In this document: positions 42,778-56,763 of the stretch, in pieces
Numbering within the stretch: the stretch's first letter is position 1
How the letters are laid out: each line of letters begins with the position of its first letter
Assembly (NCBI RefSeq): GCF_006345805.1
Contig: NC_042999.1
Span: forward strand, 143,158,001-143,222,000
Direction of reading: 5' to 3'
Source of the DNA: Octopus sinensis
Lineage: Eukaryota
Length of the DNA stretch: 64,000 nucleotides
The notes under the pieces: generated by a model
The model's input: only the letters and a program-made list of their open reading frames with translations
Databases searched by the model: none
Told to the model about the DNA's origin: nothing
Position numbers and translations under genes: made by a program

Positions 42778-43336
42778 CTATTATATTGTACTCTATCACT
42801 TAGTGTCAAGATAGATTTTTTGCAAGGTTTAAAATTTTCACTAGATATTTAAAGCCCTGTGCGTACTGAAGAAGACTGATCCCGATTTTGATTTCAAAGC
42901 GGTCCCAATGTGTTGGTTTGTGTTTGAGCATAATGGATTTAGAGAAAAATAACGAGAATGGAAAGACTGATATATGTAGCTAGTAGTAACAGAGGATTAA
43001 AATGCAATAACCTTAGAAAATCTTTCATATTTTTTTAAACGACATTATAGTATAGCGTTTAATAAATACCTTTTTGATACGTCATACAGTAAAGGAAATT
43101 ATTTCGTCGTGGAACTTTGGCAGGCGGGTAACCATCTCTGTTCTCGTCTAAGTTGGTGTTGTTTTTGTTATTGCTTATAGAATTTCTGTTAAAGAACAAA
43201 AGAAATTGTATTTTTTTCATATTTCTTCGTATCACTGCATGTTTTGAATTTTTTTTGTTTATTTTCTGTTTTGTACATTAAAAAAATAATTTTGTAGATG
43301 GCAATTATCTCCTTTATAAGTTTTGCTATTCCTTTC

Positions 43337-43355
43337 AAAAACATCCTGATAGTCA

Positions 43356-43395
<40 letters not shown>

Positions 43396-43500
43396 ACGCA
43401 CACGCACACACACACACACACACACACGTACGCACACGCACATACACACACACACACGCACACACACGCACACGTACGCACACGCACATACACACACACA

Positions 43501-43577
<77 letters not shown>

Positions 43578-44120
43578 AAAACTTTCAGGATGCCTCTGAA
43601 AGAAATAGCAGAACACACGCTCACATGAAGAGCTGGTGGTTCAGGGAATGACTGAAATGGCGGACGTAAGGCACATTATTGAATTGGTGAATATTGATGA
43701 TGATGATGATGACGACGATGATGTTGTTGTTGTTGATGATGATGATGATGATGATGACGACGACGACGACAATGATGGTGATGATGTTGATGATGATGAT
43801 GAGAATAATGATGACGGAAATTGTTGTGAAATATTCTATTTGTACATGTTTTCCTTGAAGCTGCTCACTTCCGGTTGTTCACGAGTAAAGTTAACCGCGT
43901 CGTTCTAAGGTCTTCAAGGGCCCGGGAAGGACATGAAAACAGCCTCATCATCTACACTGAACATATAAAAATGACATTTTGACCGTGACCACTCCGTTTT
44001 TATTTGAGACACATTGTACCTAGAACTGCATTACCCAATGTTTCCTCCTGGTTTTAAGACAGTTGCTGCTATTTCTGGTGGCTTGTCCGATCGCATACAG
44101 GCACCTTCGTTGATCGATAC

Positions 44121-44156
<36 letters not shown>

Positions 44157-44230
44157 GGAGGAGGAGGAGGAGGAGGAGGAGGAGGAGGAGGAGGACGATG
44201 ATGATGATGCTGACGACGATGATGATAAAA
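43337..44230. repeat. (CA)n, (GAT/GAC)n and (GAG)n tracts in a grh intron
   Basis: Direct reading. Confidence 0.9.
44035..44119 (-). CDS. Candidate grh cassette exon (VSINEGACMRSDKPPEIAATVLKPGGNIG)
   Basis: catcatcag|TA ... GG|gtaatg; open only in phase 1 to 2; no recognisable domain. Confidence 0.3.
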
Positions 44231-45077
44231 CATAAACCTACCCGACTCGTTCTTCCTCATTTAATGAGTAGTGCACAACCCCATGCTGAAATATAAAGAA
44301 ATGTTCAATATAGTTTTCCCCGGAGTATGTTTGTAGTTGCAACATTATTAGGTAGTAGTATATGGTGTTGTTGAGAGAAGAACATAACGTTTATACCAAT
44401 AACGACTAGTGAACTGGACAACTCGAGGAACTGAATTGACACGAAACGACAGAATTTTGTCTAGATTCATAATTTTAATTATTTAATCACATATAAACAT
44501 CTGTGACTATATTTTATGAAAGTTGACCACGGGCCTTAAACTTATGATCGCATTTCTATCATAGACTGTTAAATTTCAAATTTAGTGAAATTTATTGGTC
44601 AAAAGAATTATTTTAGCAACTTTAAAATACAATCGTATTTTGGTGGAGTCATGTTTGTCAGTTTGCTAATCAATAAACATATGCATTGTTAATTAATTAT
44701 TTTTCTCGATGAAATAATTTATTCAACAGGGAAATAACTGATGATAGCAAAAATAAAATAAAAAAAAAAATAAAAAAAATTAATTATGCATATATTTGCC
44801 AATTATTAATTTGACAGTTACAACTTTAGCAAGATACATGTTTCAACGCAAGAAAATTTATATATGAAAAGAATATTTAAAACGCATGTTACGTTATATC
44901 TAAGCCAATCACAATATGTTACAATTGGTTGATAAATGATAGCTATAAAGCCTCAAGCACATTTTCTACCTATGATTTTACTCAGCAAGGTGTAGATCAT
45001 TAAGCGAATATCCGGTTGGTTATATCCTAACGTATGTCTATAGGCCAGGCGGTTAAGTCTTAATTGGTCCTGTCTAC

Positions 45078-45102
45078 CTAACGGTAAATATGTGCATTGC
45101 TT
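45078..45102 (-). CDS. Candidate 25-nt grh micro-exon (KQCTYLPL)
   Basis: ttcctctgctgtttacag|AAG...TTAG|gtagac. Phase 0 to 1 is exactly what bridges exon 46941 (ends phase 0) and exon 40984 (starts phase 1). Confidence 0.4.
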
Positions 45103-45331
45103 CTGTAAACAGCAGAGGAAGGATTGTATAGCAAATGCATACTTCTGTTTCACTAGCTTACAGTGTTGATTTCAAATATGCTTCACACACGATAAAGAAT
45201 AGAGTTCGTTACTTGTCCTAGAAACAATATGAAGATCGAAATATTCAGATGTATACAACTACACACACACGCGTATATGCTGGAATTTCATTGATTAAGA
45301 TATTGTTCTATATGCAATCATACAAACTCGG

Positions 45332-45362
<31 letters not shown>

Positions 45363-45412
45363 TGTATGTATGTATGTATGTATGTATGTATGTATGTATG
45401 CATGTATGTGTG

Positions 45413-45449
<37 letters not shown>

Positions 45450-45470
45450 ATCCGCACATGGTTGTGTATG

Positions 45471-45556
<86 letters not shown>

Positions 45557-45599
45557 ATTGTGTGTGTATGCATTTGTGTGCGTGTTTGTCTCCCTACTA

Positions 45600-45770
45600 T
45601 TGCTTGATAACCGATGATGGTGTGTTTACGTCCCCGTATCTAGCGGTTCGGCAAAAGAGACCGATAGAATAAGTACTAGGCTTACAAAAATTAAATCCTG
45701 GGGCCGATTCATTCGACTAAACACGGTGCTCAAGCATGGCCGTAGTCAAATGACTGAAACAAGTAAAAGA
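45600..45770 (+). mobile_element. SINE family B 3' half
   Basis: cggttcggcaaaagagaccgatagaataagtactaggcttac...gtcaaatgactgaaacaagtaaaaga. Confidence 0.85.
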
Positions 45771-45865
<95 letters not shown>

Positions 45866-45874
45866 ATCAAAATA

Positions 45875-46489
45875 AATTAGAACAGATGGACACACTAGTA
45901 TAATCATACCTAAGGTTATTCAGAGGATTATTAAGAAGAATATTATAAGAAAAGGATAGAAATTTATGAATAATTTTGAGTAATATACCCTAAACTTTAA
46001 CTGTATATAATATAACAACATTGTTCAAAATATTTAACTACAGTACTACATGATAAGACTTCCCCTGTTTCATTATCAATGGTCTGCTAGTGGGCGAGTC
46101 CCTTAATTGTCAGCTAACATCTTGTTTTAAGATTTCCTTTACCAAACCTCATGATATTGCTTCTAGTAAATCTTGATTTTTATGACTATATCAACTATGA
46201 TGTCTGTCTACTCCCTCAGCCTTACCCCTAACAGATACTGCCCTCTGTTCTCTCAGCCTTAGATGTACAAGGGTTTTGATACACTAGTCTATAAATTAAA
46301 ACTCACCCCATAAAAACAAAAAAAAAACCAAAAAAAATCAGTGACAAGCAGAGTCTGTAACAATGCATATGTTCTTGAAAAGCTTAGTAACTTCTATGCT
46401 GGAGTAAGAACAGCATGTTCTTTGTCTATCTCCTTAACTTCTTGGAGATTTTAGGTATAATTATACTAATGTGTCCATCTGTTCTAATT
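45875..46489. repeat. 39-bp inverted repeat pair bracketing about 540 bp
   Basis: aattagaacagatggacacactagtataatcatacctaa (45875-45913) versus ttaggtataattatactaatgtgtccatctgttctaatt (46451-46489). Confidence 0.75.
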
Positions 46490-46684
46490 TAACTAAATTC
46501 TATGTCTTTGTGCTCTGCATTTTAGATTCATGTAATGATTGCATTATTCAATTAAATGGAGTTGCATGAAACGATCGTACTGCATTACCTCTGGATATCC
46601 TTGTTGCTTATTTTGATTGTAATCACCTTACTTTGAAATTGTATGGATAACACCGTATTAAATTCTGGTACCATATTCATCTGA

Positions 46685-46770
<86 letters not shown>

Positions 46771-46940
46771 ATATATGTAGGCATATAAATGTATATGTAG
46801 GAATAAAAGTGATTGTTAGGTAACATTTCCCTATCAATTAAGGATTGTGATTGTTCCTTTTGTTTCCCTCATAATTGCGTAGACACTGTTCGTTAATGAT
46901 TTCACAAGTTGCTCTTCTGCTGTTAATTTACCTTCCTTAC

Positions 46941-47062
46941 CCGATAGTCATCGATGTCGCCTAAAGGGTTAAACAGTTGCGGTTCAGTGGTGAGATCTTG
47001 CATAGAATAGAATTCGGATCGTTCACAAGTTTGGTGGTAAATCTCTTCCGATCGCTTTCGTC
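46941..47062 (-). CDS. grh: grh exon (GRKRSEEIYHQTCERSEFYSMQDLTTEPQLFNPLGDIDDYR)
   Basis: actttcag|GA ... CGG|gtaagg; phase 1 to 0; resembles the GRH post-DBD YH...ERSEFYSM.DL..P.LF motif. Confidence 0.9.
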
Positions 47063-47597
47063 CTGAAAGTACACAAACGATTTTATATGTATAATGTATA
47101 TCTATATATATAATATATATATATATATATAATATATATATATAATATTAATTGAACATGTGTTGTGTGTATGTGTGTGAGTGTATGTGTGAGTGTGTGT
47201 GTGTGTGTGCATCTGGTAATACGAAAAAGGAAAATAGAACTCAAAACATGAGTATATATATTTTATTTAATCGGCAGTAGCTACAAAGTGACTCAAAGGC
47301 CGAGACTTTCATGCCTTGACACTTATGAAATTTACCAATGGACGAAACTCTCGGTCCGTGAGCCACTTTGTAACTTCTGTTAATAAAAATAAAATACATA
47401 AACACACAAGCATACACACACATACACACACACTCTCACTCACGTACACACACATATAAACACACACGCACACATACACATACGTACTCTCACTCACACT
47501 CACGTACACACACACACACACACATGTACTCTCACTCACACTCACGTACACACACATACACACACACTCTTACTCACACTCAATAACACATACACAT

Positions 47598-47667
<70 letters not shown>

Positions 47668-47980
47668 ACTTTTCCTCCTTTGGAACCACGCCGCAGCTGA
47701 ATTTCGCAGATAGAATAACACAGGATATTTTCATACCATTTCAAACATTGCATTATGTATGATTCTAAAAATGTTGTCCCCCCCCCCCAGAAAAAAAAAC
47801 CCTCGGTAATTGATTTACTTTTATAATTTAAAGCTTATCTTGATTTAAATATTAATTAAAAAATTTTTATGTTATCTAAAGGCGGTGCTCCAGCATGGTC
47901 GTACCCCAATGGCTGAAACACGTGAAAGGTAAATGGTATGCAAAATTATTTCATAAAACGTAAAGAAGAAAGTGTCAAAC

Positions 47981-48110
47981 CTAATAAATTTGGAACAAAC
48001 AACTCATTCTCGCCCTCTAACGGTGGCGAATGAGTTGGAGAATTTGAGTTTTCAGTCTTTACTTTTGCCGTCCTTCGTCGTTCCTCATCTCGTGTTTTCC
48101 GTTCAGCACC
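47981..48110 (-). CDS. grh: grh exon (GAERKTRDEERRRTAKVKTENSNSPTHSPPLEGENELFVPNLL)
   Basis: cttctag|GGT; GAERK.RDEERR DNA-recognition helix. The donor TTAG|gtttga was chosen because it gives the phase 1 needed by the next exon and is less certain. Confidence 0.88.
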
Positions 48111-48879
48111 CTAGAAGTATGAAAGGAAAAATTCCCATAAATAAAACAAACGTGGATTTCGTAATTCTCTTAAACATTAAACTTTATTCTTATGGTTAAT
48201 GGCATACATTATTTTATTTTTATACAGTTTCTCCGTATTTTATGAGGATACGAACTGATGAACTGTGTGTGAATTAATCTGCATATTTAACTATCTCTAT
48301 TTTGCTTTTCAAGAACAATAAGATCTACCAAATCGATGATACTTTTAAAATTTAAACGTTGAAAAGAGAGTTTATAGCTGATGCATCACTGATGTTCATT
48401 TTATTGACCTAGAAAAACGAAAGATAAAGTGACACTGGTGTGTTTTAAATAAACATAGAAACTTCTCCATTAAGATCCATCAAAGAGAGCCACAAAATCT
48501 CAGATTAACTAGAGATGGGAAATGGCATGCATGACACTCATGCTATTTTTGCAAAACTATTAGCAATGAATTGGTTCCAGTGGAATCTGAGAACCAAATC
48601 GTGTGTATCGGCTTGTTGAGATAAATTTTGGTAAATTCCCTACTAAATGATTTCTGACAATGCAACAAGGATACGAAATGATGAGGGTTGTACATATCAG
48701 GCTTGTATTTTGATCGGCTCTAAACCGATGAAAGCCAAACTCGGACACGACAAGATTTGATCTCAAAACGTATAATCCAAAAGGAAATATCAGAAGGTAC
48801 TCTACCATTTGTGCCTCTCTAGTACCTGTTTTACTAGTATAATAGAAACAACTTCTAACAGGTACAAGGATACAAAATT

Positions 48880-49285
48880 AATGAAGGGAGCGGATGATTA
48901 AATCGATCCCAGCATTTAACTAACATTTATTTCATTGACTCCAGAAGACTGAAAGCGCAAGTCGAACTCAGCGAAATATGAACTCAGAGCATAAAGAGAA
49001 AGAAATTTAACTAAATTATCATTAGGTATTTTGCTCACCACTAAACTAATTTTGTAAACCCAACACCTTCCTAAATATAATCACTTCTATCTTTGGGCAC
49101 AGGATCTGGTATTTTGAGTGGGAGGGAACTTGTCGATTAAATTATGCTCAGTGTTGAAATGGAACTTCAAACCTCCATCTCCACCCGAAAGGATGAGATG
49201 CAAAGTCGACCTCGGCAGAATTTGAACTCAGTACGTAAAAACGGGCGAAATGTCGCTAATTATTTTGTCCGACGTGCTAACGATT
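48880..49285 (-). mobile_element. Two decayed SINE family A copies
   Basis: gaaaggatgagatgcaaagtcgacctcggcagaatttgaactcag core near 49187-49235 and a similar one near 48940-48990. Confidence 0.75.
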
Positions 49286-49510
49286 CTACTAGTTCATCGT
49301 AATGATAGAAACATTTGCTTCTATCATAAGCACAAGTAAATTGATTGAATCGATCTCTGTGCTTGTTTTAAAGGTCTCGCAGAAATAAATAAGATAAAGT
49401 ACCAGTTAAGTATTGAAAGCGATTTAATCGAGTTACATCCCTCTGCCGAAAAAGTTTCTGGCTTTGTGCCTATATTAGAAACAATTATCACTTTTTATCA
49501 TTAATAACAC

Positions 49511-49542
<32 letters not shown>

Positions 49543-49624
49543 GAGTAGGAGTAGTGGATGGTGTAGTGGTGGTGATGGTGTTTATGATAGGACAAATTAA
49601 TTTTGCAGAATATTGTATACTTAC

Positions 49625-49720
49625 TTTGTCGCAAAATATTTTCACTTGACAGTAACCTCTGTGTACCGGGTATCTGTCTTCGCCTTCGTATGTATCTACT
49701 TGAATGTGCAAAGGTATACC
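49625..49720 (-). CDS. grh: grh exon (GIPLHIQVDTYEGEDRYPVHRGYCQVKIFCDK)
   Basis: ccttgcag|GGT ... AAA|gtaagt; 96 nt; core of ORF 49475..49726. Confidence 0.97.
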
Positions 49721-50206
49721 CTGCAAGGTAATGATAAGGAACGCATAAGGAAATGTATAAAATAAAAGAGGAAGTGTGTCTCAGGATACTGGTTACAAAA
49801 TATGAGAAGATTTAACTTAATGATCAACGACATGAAGTCAACAAGGAATCAAGAATTCCGACGGCATAATGCTTTTCATAAATGGATATTATCTTCTTTC
49901 GTTTCTTCATACATACGCGCACAAGCATGCACGCACGCACATACGCACACGCATACATACACACTCACACACACTGATACATATATGTTGACGCCATATA
50001 AAGTTTTATAAACTTTCGAAAGAACGCCAAATAATTCTTTTTTACAAAAGTGGATCTAGATGAACGCATTAAAACTATAAAAAATAACCTGTTTATTGGG
50101 GTTAGCCTTCAACTTTTCTATTCAAAAGGGTTTGTAACCCAATACTTGCATCATACTCTATGTATTCTTCGAGATCCACTGTTCCCCAAAAGAATACATG
50201 CATACA

Positions 50207-50242
<36 letters not shown>

Positions 50243-50265
50243 TGTTCCCCAAAAGAATACATGCA

Positions 50266-50297
<32 letters not shown>

Positions 50298-50307
50298 CAT
50301 ACATATA

Positions 50308-50365
<58 letters not shown>

Positions 50366-50493
50366 ATATAAAATGTTTCAAATATTTTAATAACTATATA
50401 CATAATTATGATAAGGGATTGGCTATAAGCCTCTTCCTATCTCTCTCTCTTTCTCTCTCTTTCTCTCTCTCTCTCTTTCTTTCTCTCTTTCTT

Positions 50494-50540
<47 letters not shown>

Positions 50541-50614
50541 TTGTAAACAAACCAGAAAAGCTTTGTAAGTTACGGAGAGAAAGCTACTTTGGAAGACTCA
50601 GTTTAATAATAATA

Positions 50615-50649
<35 letters not shown>

Positions 50650-51422
50650 TCAATAACGAATTAAAAGCAGAGTTAGTGTTGCAAAAAATTATCGACCGCA
50701 GATACTCAATCTATGTGTTTTGTTTCTTCGCCGGCTGGCTGCGCCTCCATCACTTATGAATTTGATTGGAGGCGAGTTGTGTCGCCTGTCTAATGACTTT
50801 CAGGTGTTTAAGTACCCAGCGTAATGAGGGAATCGTCCCCTAGGCTCTATATCGTAGTGAACCGGTGAACAAACAAAACATGCATTTGACTATGTGCGTT
50901 GACAATATATATGTATACATACACACATACGCATATGTATATATTTATACACACACATATACATATATACATACATACATACATACATACATACACACAT
51001 ACATACATACATACATACATACATACATACATACATAATACATACATACATACATACACATATATATACACACATACACATACTGACCATCTTCACACAC
51101 ACATACACGCACACATACTGACCATCTTCACACTTTCGTGTCCCAGAAACCACTTCCTCTTTTTTACTTCCACTTTCGGTCACTCCAGAAATGTAACCGC
51201 ACGTGGATTGTTAGTGATTTTTTCCTTATTTCACCTCCTTTCTCTTTGGACTTTTCTCTTTCCGACGAAGAGCTTTGCTCGAAAAGCTAAAGACACTTTC
51301 CTTTCACCGAGCGTGAAATTAATATATTTCTTGTGCACGTTCTCATGTTAGTCTTTTACTTTTTTTCTCTGATTTTTAGTTATTTGTTCTTTGAATTGAC
51401 TACATCCATCCATCCACACACA

Positions 51423-51524
<102 letters not shown>

Positions 51525-51795
51525 TGTCAAACAGGACAACAAGCGTTAAGGCAAGGCAAACATCTCAAGTCATATACACTATTATTATTAGAAAAACATT
51601 CAAAGTCATACAGCTGTTTCTTGGATATCTCAGAGTATGGGATATTTCCTCATCGGAGAAAATAGGGAAAATGCGCAGGGTATAAATTAATGAAATGACG
51701 ACATAGAGGATAGGAGTAAAGGAATAAGGAAGAGAATAAAAAAGAAGTATTAAAGTTCACGGTTCAATTTTCCGATCGTGTAGAAGTAAGTCCGT

Positions 51796-51863
<68 letters not shown>

Positions 51864-51983
51864 ACCACAAAGCGCCTTTATCGTACAGTTGTGCATCATC
51901 TTTACTTATAAAAATATCGCTTAGAAGAAATGGGTATCATTTTTTTTACACAAAATGGTGGCTGCCTGCTGCTGATTACTTAC

Positions 51984-52040
51984 TTTAACGCCTTTCTGGT
52001 TGCTGAAGTCTGTACTTAGGCAATTAATTGCAATATTCAC
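51984..52040 (-). CDS. grh: grh exon (VNIAINCLSTDFSNQKGVK)
   Basis: ttttcag|GTG ... AAA|gtaagt; 57 nt; CLSTDFS.QKGVK motif. Confidence 0.97.
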
Positions 52041-53097
52041 CTGAAAACATAAATTTAAAATGACACATTTAAGTTTCCTTTCAATTTCAGACATTTGGGT
52101 TATATATACAGTTTCTAGTAAATATAAACTATTGTTGCAGCCGCAAAGTATTGTTCAAAATAGATTTAGGGCAATATGTACAGTGTATAGCCCATATATA
52201 ATATATAGAGCCGTATTCAGTGTAGGGAAGAGAGTGACAAAGACCCATAGAGAGTCAGAAATTGCTAGCTAGTTCAGTAGAGAAAAAGCTAGAGCCGGAT
52301 AGCTAAACAGAGATATTGATAAATAGATCGAAACTGAAAGAGAGAGAGAGAGAGAGAGAGAGAAAGAAAGAAAAAAGAAAGAGAGAGAGAAAGATGGAGT
52401 GTTAAGATGTAGCAAGTGCAATATTAAAATCTTATATAATTTAAACAAGAGAGTATATCAGGTCACACCCCAGAGAATTAGCATAATAAATGCAGTATTA
52501 CGTAAAATATATTATGTATAGTTAAGGGTGTGTTACTTATAAACTGCTACACAATTTCTAGCCTTTTCTAAGTTGTCTTTGCTTTTCAGAAAAATATGCA
52601 TTTTTATGAGAATTGAACGATAATATCTAGTTTTTAAAAATGTTTATATTTACTCTATTATAATGTTCAAACCAAGCCTCACCACTCTTCACAGCATGCC
52701 TTTGTTGCGATCATGAAGTATATCATTCGTGAGTCAGACTTTTTATTTGATTAAACATGGGAATTTAAATATTTAATAGAGCATGAAGAGATGCACACAA
52801 TATCCAGTTTTGTGTTCAGTTTGAAAGAACACTGCTTTTCAGTCTGTCATCAGGGAAATATTTCTTACAAGACTCAAGATATTTAGAGGAATTTAGAGAT
52901 GGAATATAACCGAGAACATCTTTATTTCTAATAATTTAACCTATGCAAAAATTATAAGTTTCAACAAATCTGATCCATCTTTTTCTTTTCTTACACTAAT
53001 TGACGATTAGAGGCTACTTGTCAGACCTGGAAATTAGTTTATTGACTTTACATATGGTCTCCTCGTTCTTTCATATCAAATTCTCCCAAAGACTTAC

Positions 53098-53195
53098 CAG
53101 TGATGGGGTTTCACTTGGCTTCCATTTGACAGATACAGCATTGTGTGACAACTCTTCAATGGAATTTGACAGGATTCCTTGGCCGTTTTTAGTGT
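53098..53195 (-). CDS. grh: grh exon (DTKNGQGILSNSIEELSHNAVSVKWKPSETPSL)
   Basis: tttccag|AC ... CTG|gtaagt; phase 1 to 0; IEELSHNA motif. Confidence 0.95.
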
Positions 53196-54001
53196 CTGGA
53201 AATTTAGAATTAAAAAAAAAAAACAATTAGAAAGAAACACAAACATATACTTGGCCTGGGCCAGTCTTTGCATGAAACATATCTAAATTATATACGTCAT
53301 CTATGTTACCTCACCATTTTCTTTTATGAAAGATAGATATTTACATAAATGATTTCTTATTGATATGAAGCATACAAACTATAGAGGGGAAAAGTTGAAG
53401 TCGTGACATTCATACCTTTTCCAAGAACATTAGCGACTTAAGAGAAAAGTTGCGGCCTAACATAGTACTTCATACCATCCTTTCACAAGAAATATTACTC
53501 TAGATAGTGTTAGTTTGTCTTAATGACACAATCTGCCACAATGTTATTTACTGGTGTTCTTTAAACAAATATTATGAAACATCCATTCTGTGATTCCTTA
53601 TACATATGTCACGAGCATTATTCCTGATAGTATTCCATAAAAACATATAGACCCAACTATTTTCTTCTAATTTGTTATCTCATGTTAATGAGAAAAACTA
53701 TGTATACTTTCTTGGTAGCTGTTTCGAAATACATTTCTAATTATTCAGATATCTGCATATCATAGATTATATCAATGTAGCATATTCAATCAGCAGAGAA
53801 TTCTTAAAATTGTCGGTAAAATTCTACCGAAACTGAAAGATATAACGACGAATAACCATCATTGTTTACTAACATTAGAACGATAGTTTCTTAGAAAATG
53901 TTTCTCAGAAGCATTCCGCCACAAATGAAGAAGATGATAAGAAAAGAGAGAAAAAACATGAAAAATATATAATTTTATATGGAGAATTAAGAAGTACTGA
54001 C

Positions 54002-54113
54002 CTATATCAAGAATGCGTGTTTTTGTGCTGTGCTGTCGATCACTCCAAAGCTCCCAAGCAATCAAATTCTTTTCAAGTGACATCGGTTCCCGAAAGTTGA
54101 CCAATATCAACGT
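54002..54113 (-). CDS. grh: grh exon (TLILVNFREPMSLEKNLIAWELWSDRQHSTKTRILDI)
   Basis: ttcgtag|ACG ... ATAG|gtcagt; phase 0 to 1; W..RQHS.K.RILD motif. Confidence 0.95.
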
Positions 54114-55864
54114 CTACGAACGGAAAAAGAATACGTGAAGTTATTTCATAATTAGTTTTGAATTAGTTTCCTCAAATAATTTTCACTGAGAACGTAATGG
54201 CGTCCAAAATGAAAATGTATAAAAAGCAATATGAGGATAGAGTTGCTTGTATTTCTAACATTAAATTGCATTCAAAGATATCTTTATATAGACACACAAG
54301 TAATGGGAATAGGAATTAGACTAAAGAATTTATATATAATTTTCAAGGGTATTTATTACATCTGTATATGGACTACATCCAAGAAGAAAACCTGCATCCA
54401 GATTTATTAGAATCCTATCTTATTCTACAAAAAACTACGGCATCGCTGTATTTTGAAAACATTTCAAGTCAATACATTTTTAGGATACAAATTAATTTCT
54501 ATTCTTTAAAACTGTTTGAAAATGTGACACTTGGGTTCAAAACAGTAAATTCTCAGTTTTGGTTGTATATAATCCTCTTTAGTTTCAACATCATGCATAT
54601 TTCAATGGGTAGTCAATTCTAGTCACTTATAGGTGCGATAGGTGTACCCCATCTTCTCTTCTGACTATGAGAAATTTTGAGCCCAATGTAGCAATCTATG
54701 GAAATAATTGATTCAGTAATGCTGGGCATTTCGTGCTTTTCATAACACAAGGCCTACTGAGCCAGTGAATCTTGTCTTTTGACTATAGCCACAGCGACTA
54801 AAATGATGATGAGAAAATGTTATGCGGAAATTTGATTATACAAGGAATTACAAATCCTTAAACTTATCTTTGAAGAAAACTCTTAATTCTAAGGTGAGAT
54901 TCAAGATTTCAATCTGTGTTAGATATGAGAAACTTACTTAAATACAATTTGTAAGTAGCAAAGTATCTTTAAAAAAGGATGGGGATGATTTGGATGGATT
55001 TACAATTGATCCGAATAATTGGTTTTAGATTCAAGTTGTTTTTTGAGATCATAAACATGTTTTTTCCCCACAAGATTTAGTCAGAAGAGGAAAGGTAGAG
55101 CCCTTGACATATTTTTTTCAGAGACTTCGGGTGTGGTGCGAGGAAAGTGTCTTCATAAAGGAGTGCGTTTCACTAGAAACATTTAAGGGTCAGATTAAAC
55201 CGGGCGACTGATTAACTCTATCATCGGATTGTATTGTAATGTTTATATACTAAAGGTTGTCCAATGTATGTTTGGTCTACCCTATCTGCGGGTAAAAACT
55301 ACTAATTGCTAATTATTCTAGTGCAGTGCACATGAAAATGCAATATAATACAATGATTAAACGATGATTTTAATGAAGCTCTTTATTAATTTTCATGAAA
55401 TTTACGTTTTCTGTCGATCGAGATAAGGATATAAGAAAAACAAAGAAGTATGAGCTCAAAAGTCAGAAGTGAAAGGGTTAAAAGGACCTGTAGAAGAGAT
55501 AGGTTTATACGATTTAGAAGGCGGATGAAACTGAACGAAAGGAAAGACAACCCGAAATTCTAGTATCTCTGTGATGATATTACCCATACAAATATGCACT
55601 ATAGTCATAGCATTTTTACAGTACTATGGGTTGAATCCTCGTTCTTTTCTCCAAGTCCATGGAAAGATTTAATCTATACCGCAAATATAACAAAGCACAG
55701 CATCCTCGATGAATACAGTATTGAACTGTATTTTCTGTGTACTTATTATAGTTAGATAGACTGGTTCGTTTCAAAGTTTCAGTTAAGTATCATTACCATT
55801 AATGATAGTATAACAACTTGTTAAGCTGTTTATATAAGTATTTAAGTAAAACAGACATTCTTAC

Positions 55865-55932
55865 CGTAACAGTGACGTTCTTAATATGTTTTTCTTTCTT
55901 TGTGTTCTCCATTAGTAATGTGTAATATTGAC
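55865..55932 (-). CDS. grh: grh exon (GQYYTLLMENTKKEKHIKNVTVT)
   Basis: ttcatag|GT ... ACG|gtaaga; phase 1 to 0; continues LNK-GQYY. Confidence 0.9.
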
Positions 55933-56723
55933 CTATGAAATTATATGGAGGAAAACATTAAATGACAGATTAGAATAAATTAACATCTGAGGATTCAGTC
56001 AATTTGGAAGTTTTTTAATCAATCATCTATTGATTGTTATTAGCAACTTGTTTGACTCAGATCAGTCATGATTTTGTAGAGCTATGAATAAAAGTCTTCC
56101 TGTTGTAAACCAGAGGCTACTACATTGTATTCTTCCCTTTTTTAAGATAATAATGATGTTAGTTTAGGGAGAGTTGGCTGCTACTTTTTGCAGGTCAAAC
56201 TTCACCGTCATATTGATGCTCTATTGTTGACTCGTTGTTAGAAAATATAGCTAGCCATGCTTGATTCCACAGATTTATGGCTTACTCAAACTTGGACAAC
56301 GTAAAAATGAATGGAAAGGCTTCCTAAGTTGTTGCACTTCTTTGATATATAAACATGGGCACCCTGGGTAATTAACCAGGAGCATCACGGGCGTACGGAC
56401 CCAATTCTGAGCCATGTATATTGTTGCAGTCAATATACTGAAGAGACAACTCTGAATAAAGCTATTGGTTGTTACAAGAAAATTTAATCAAGAAAAGAAA
56501 AAAAATGATCTCAGCAGACATTTTTTGAGGGATTATTTTTTCAAGGAAGTTGAGTGGAATACAAGAGGCAAGCCAAATCAGAACAAATACCAAATATATC
56601 TATGTTATACAGCCTTTTAAGTCATTCTCAATCTCTGTTCCTTGAACTCTGATGGCAGGTCATCAGATATCGTTCATCTAACACATACCTACACATATAT
56701 GTGTATGTAAATACATACACACA

Positions 56724-56763
<40 letters not shown>

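Noticed and set aside
56285-56440. Minus segment with acceptor and donor inside the grh DBD region
   Set aside because: Phase and sequence do not fit the continuous LNK-GQYY junction between exons 57500 and 55932.
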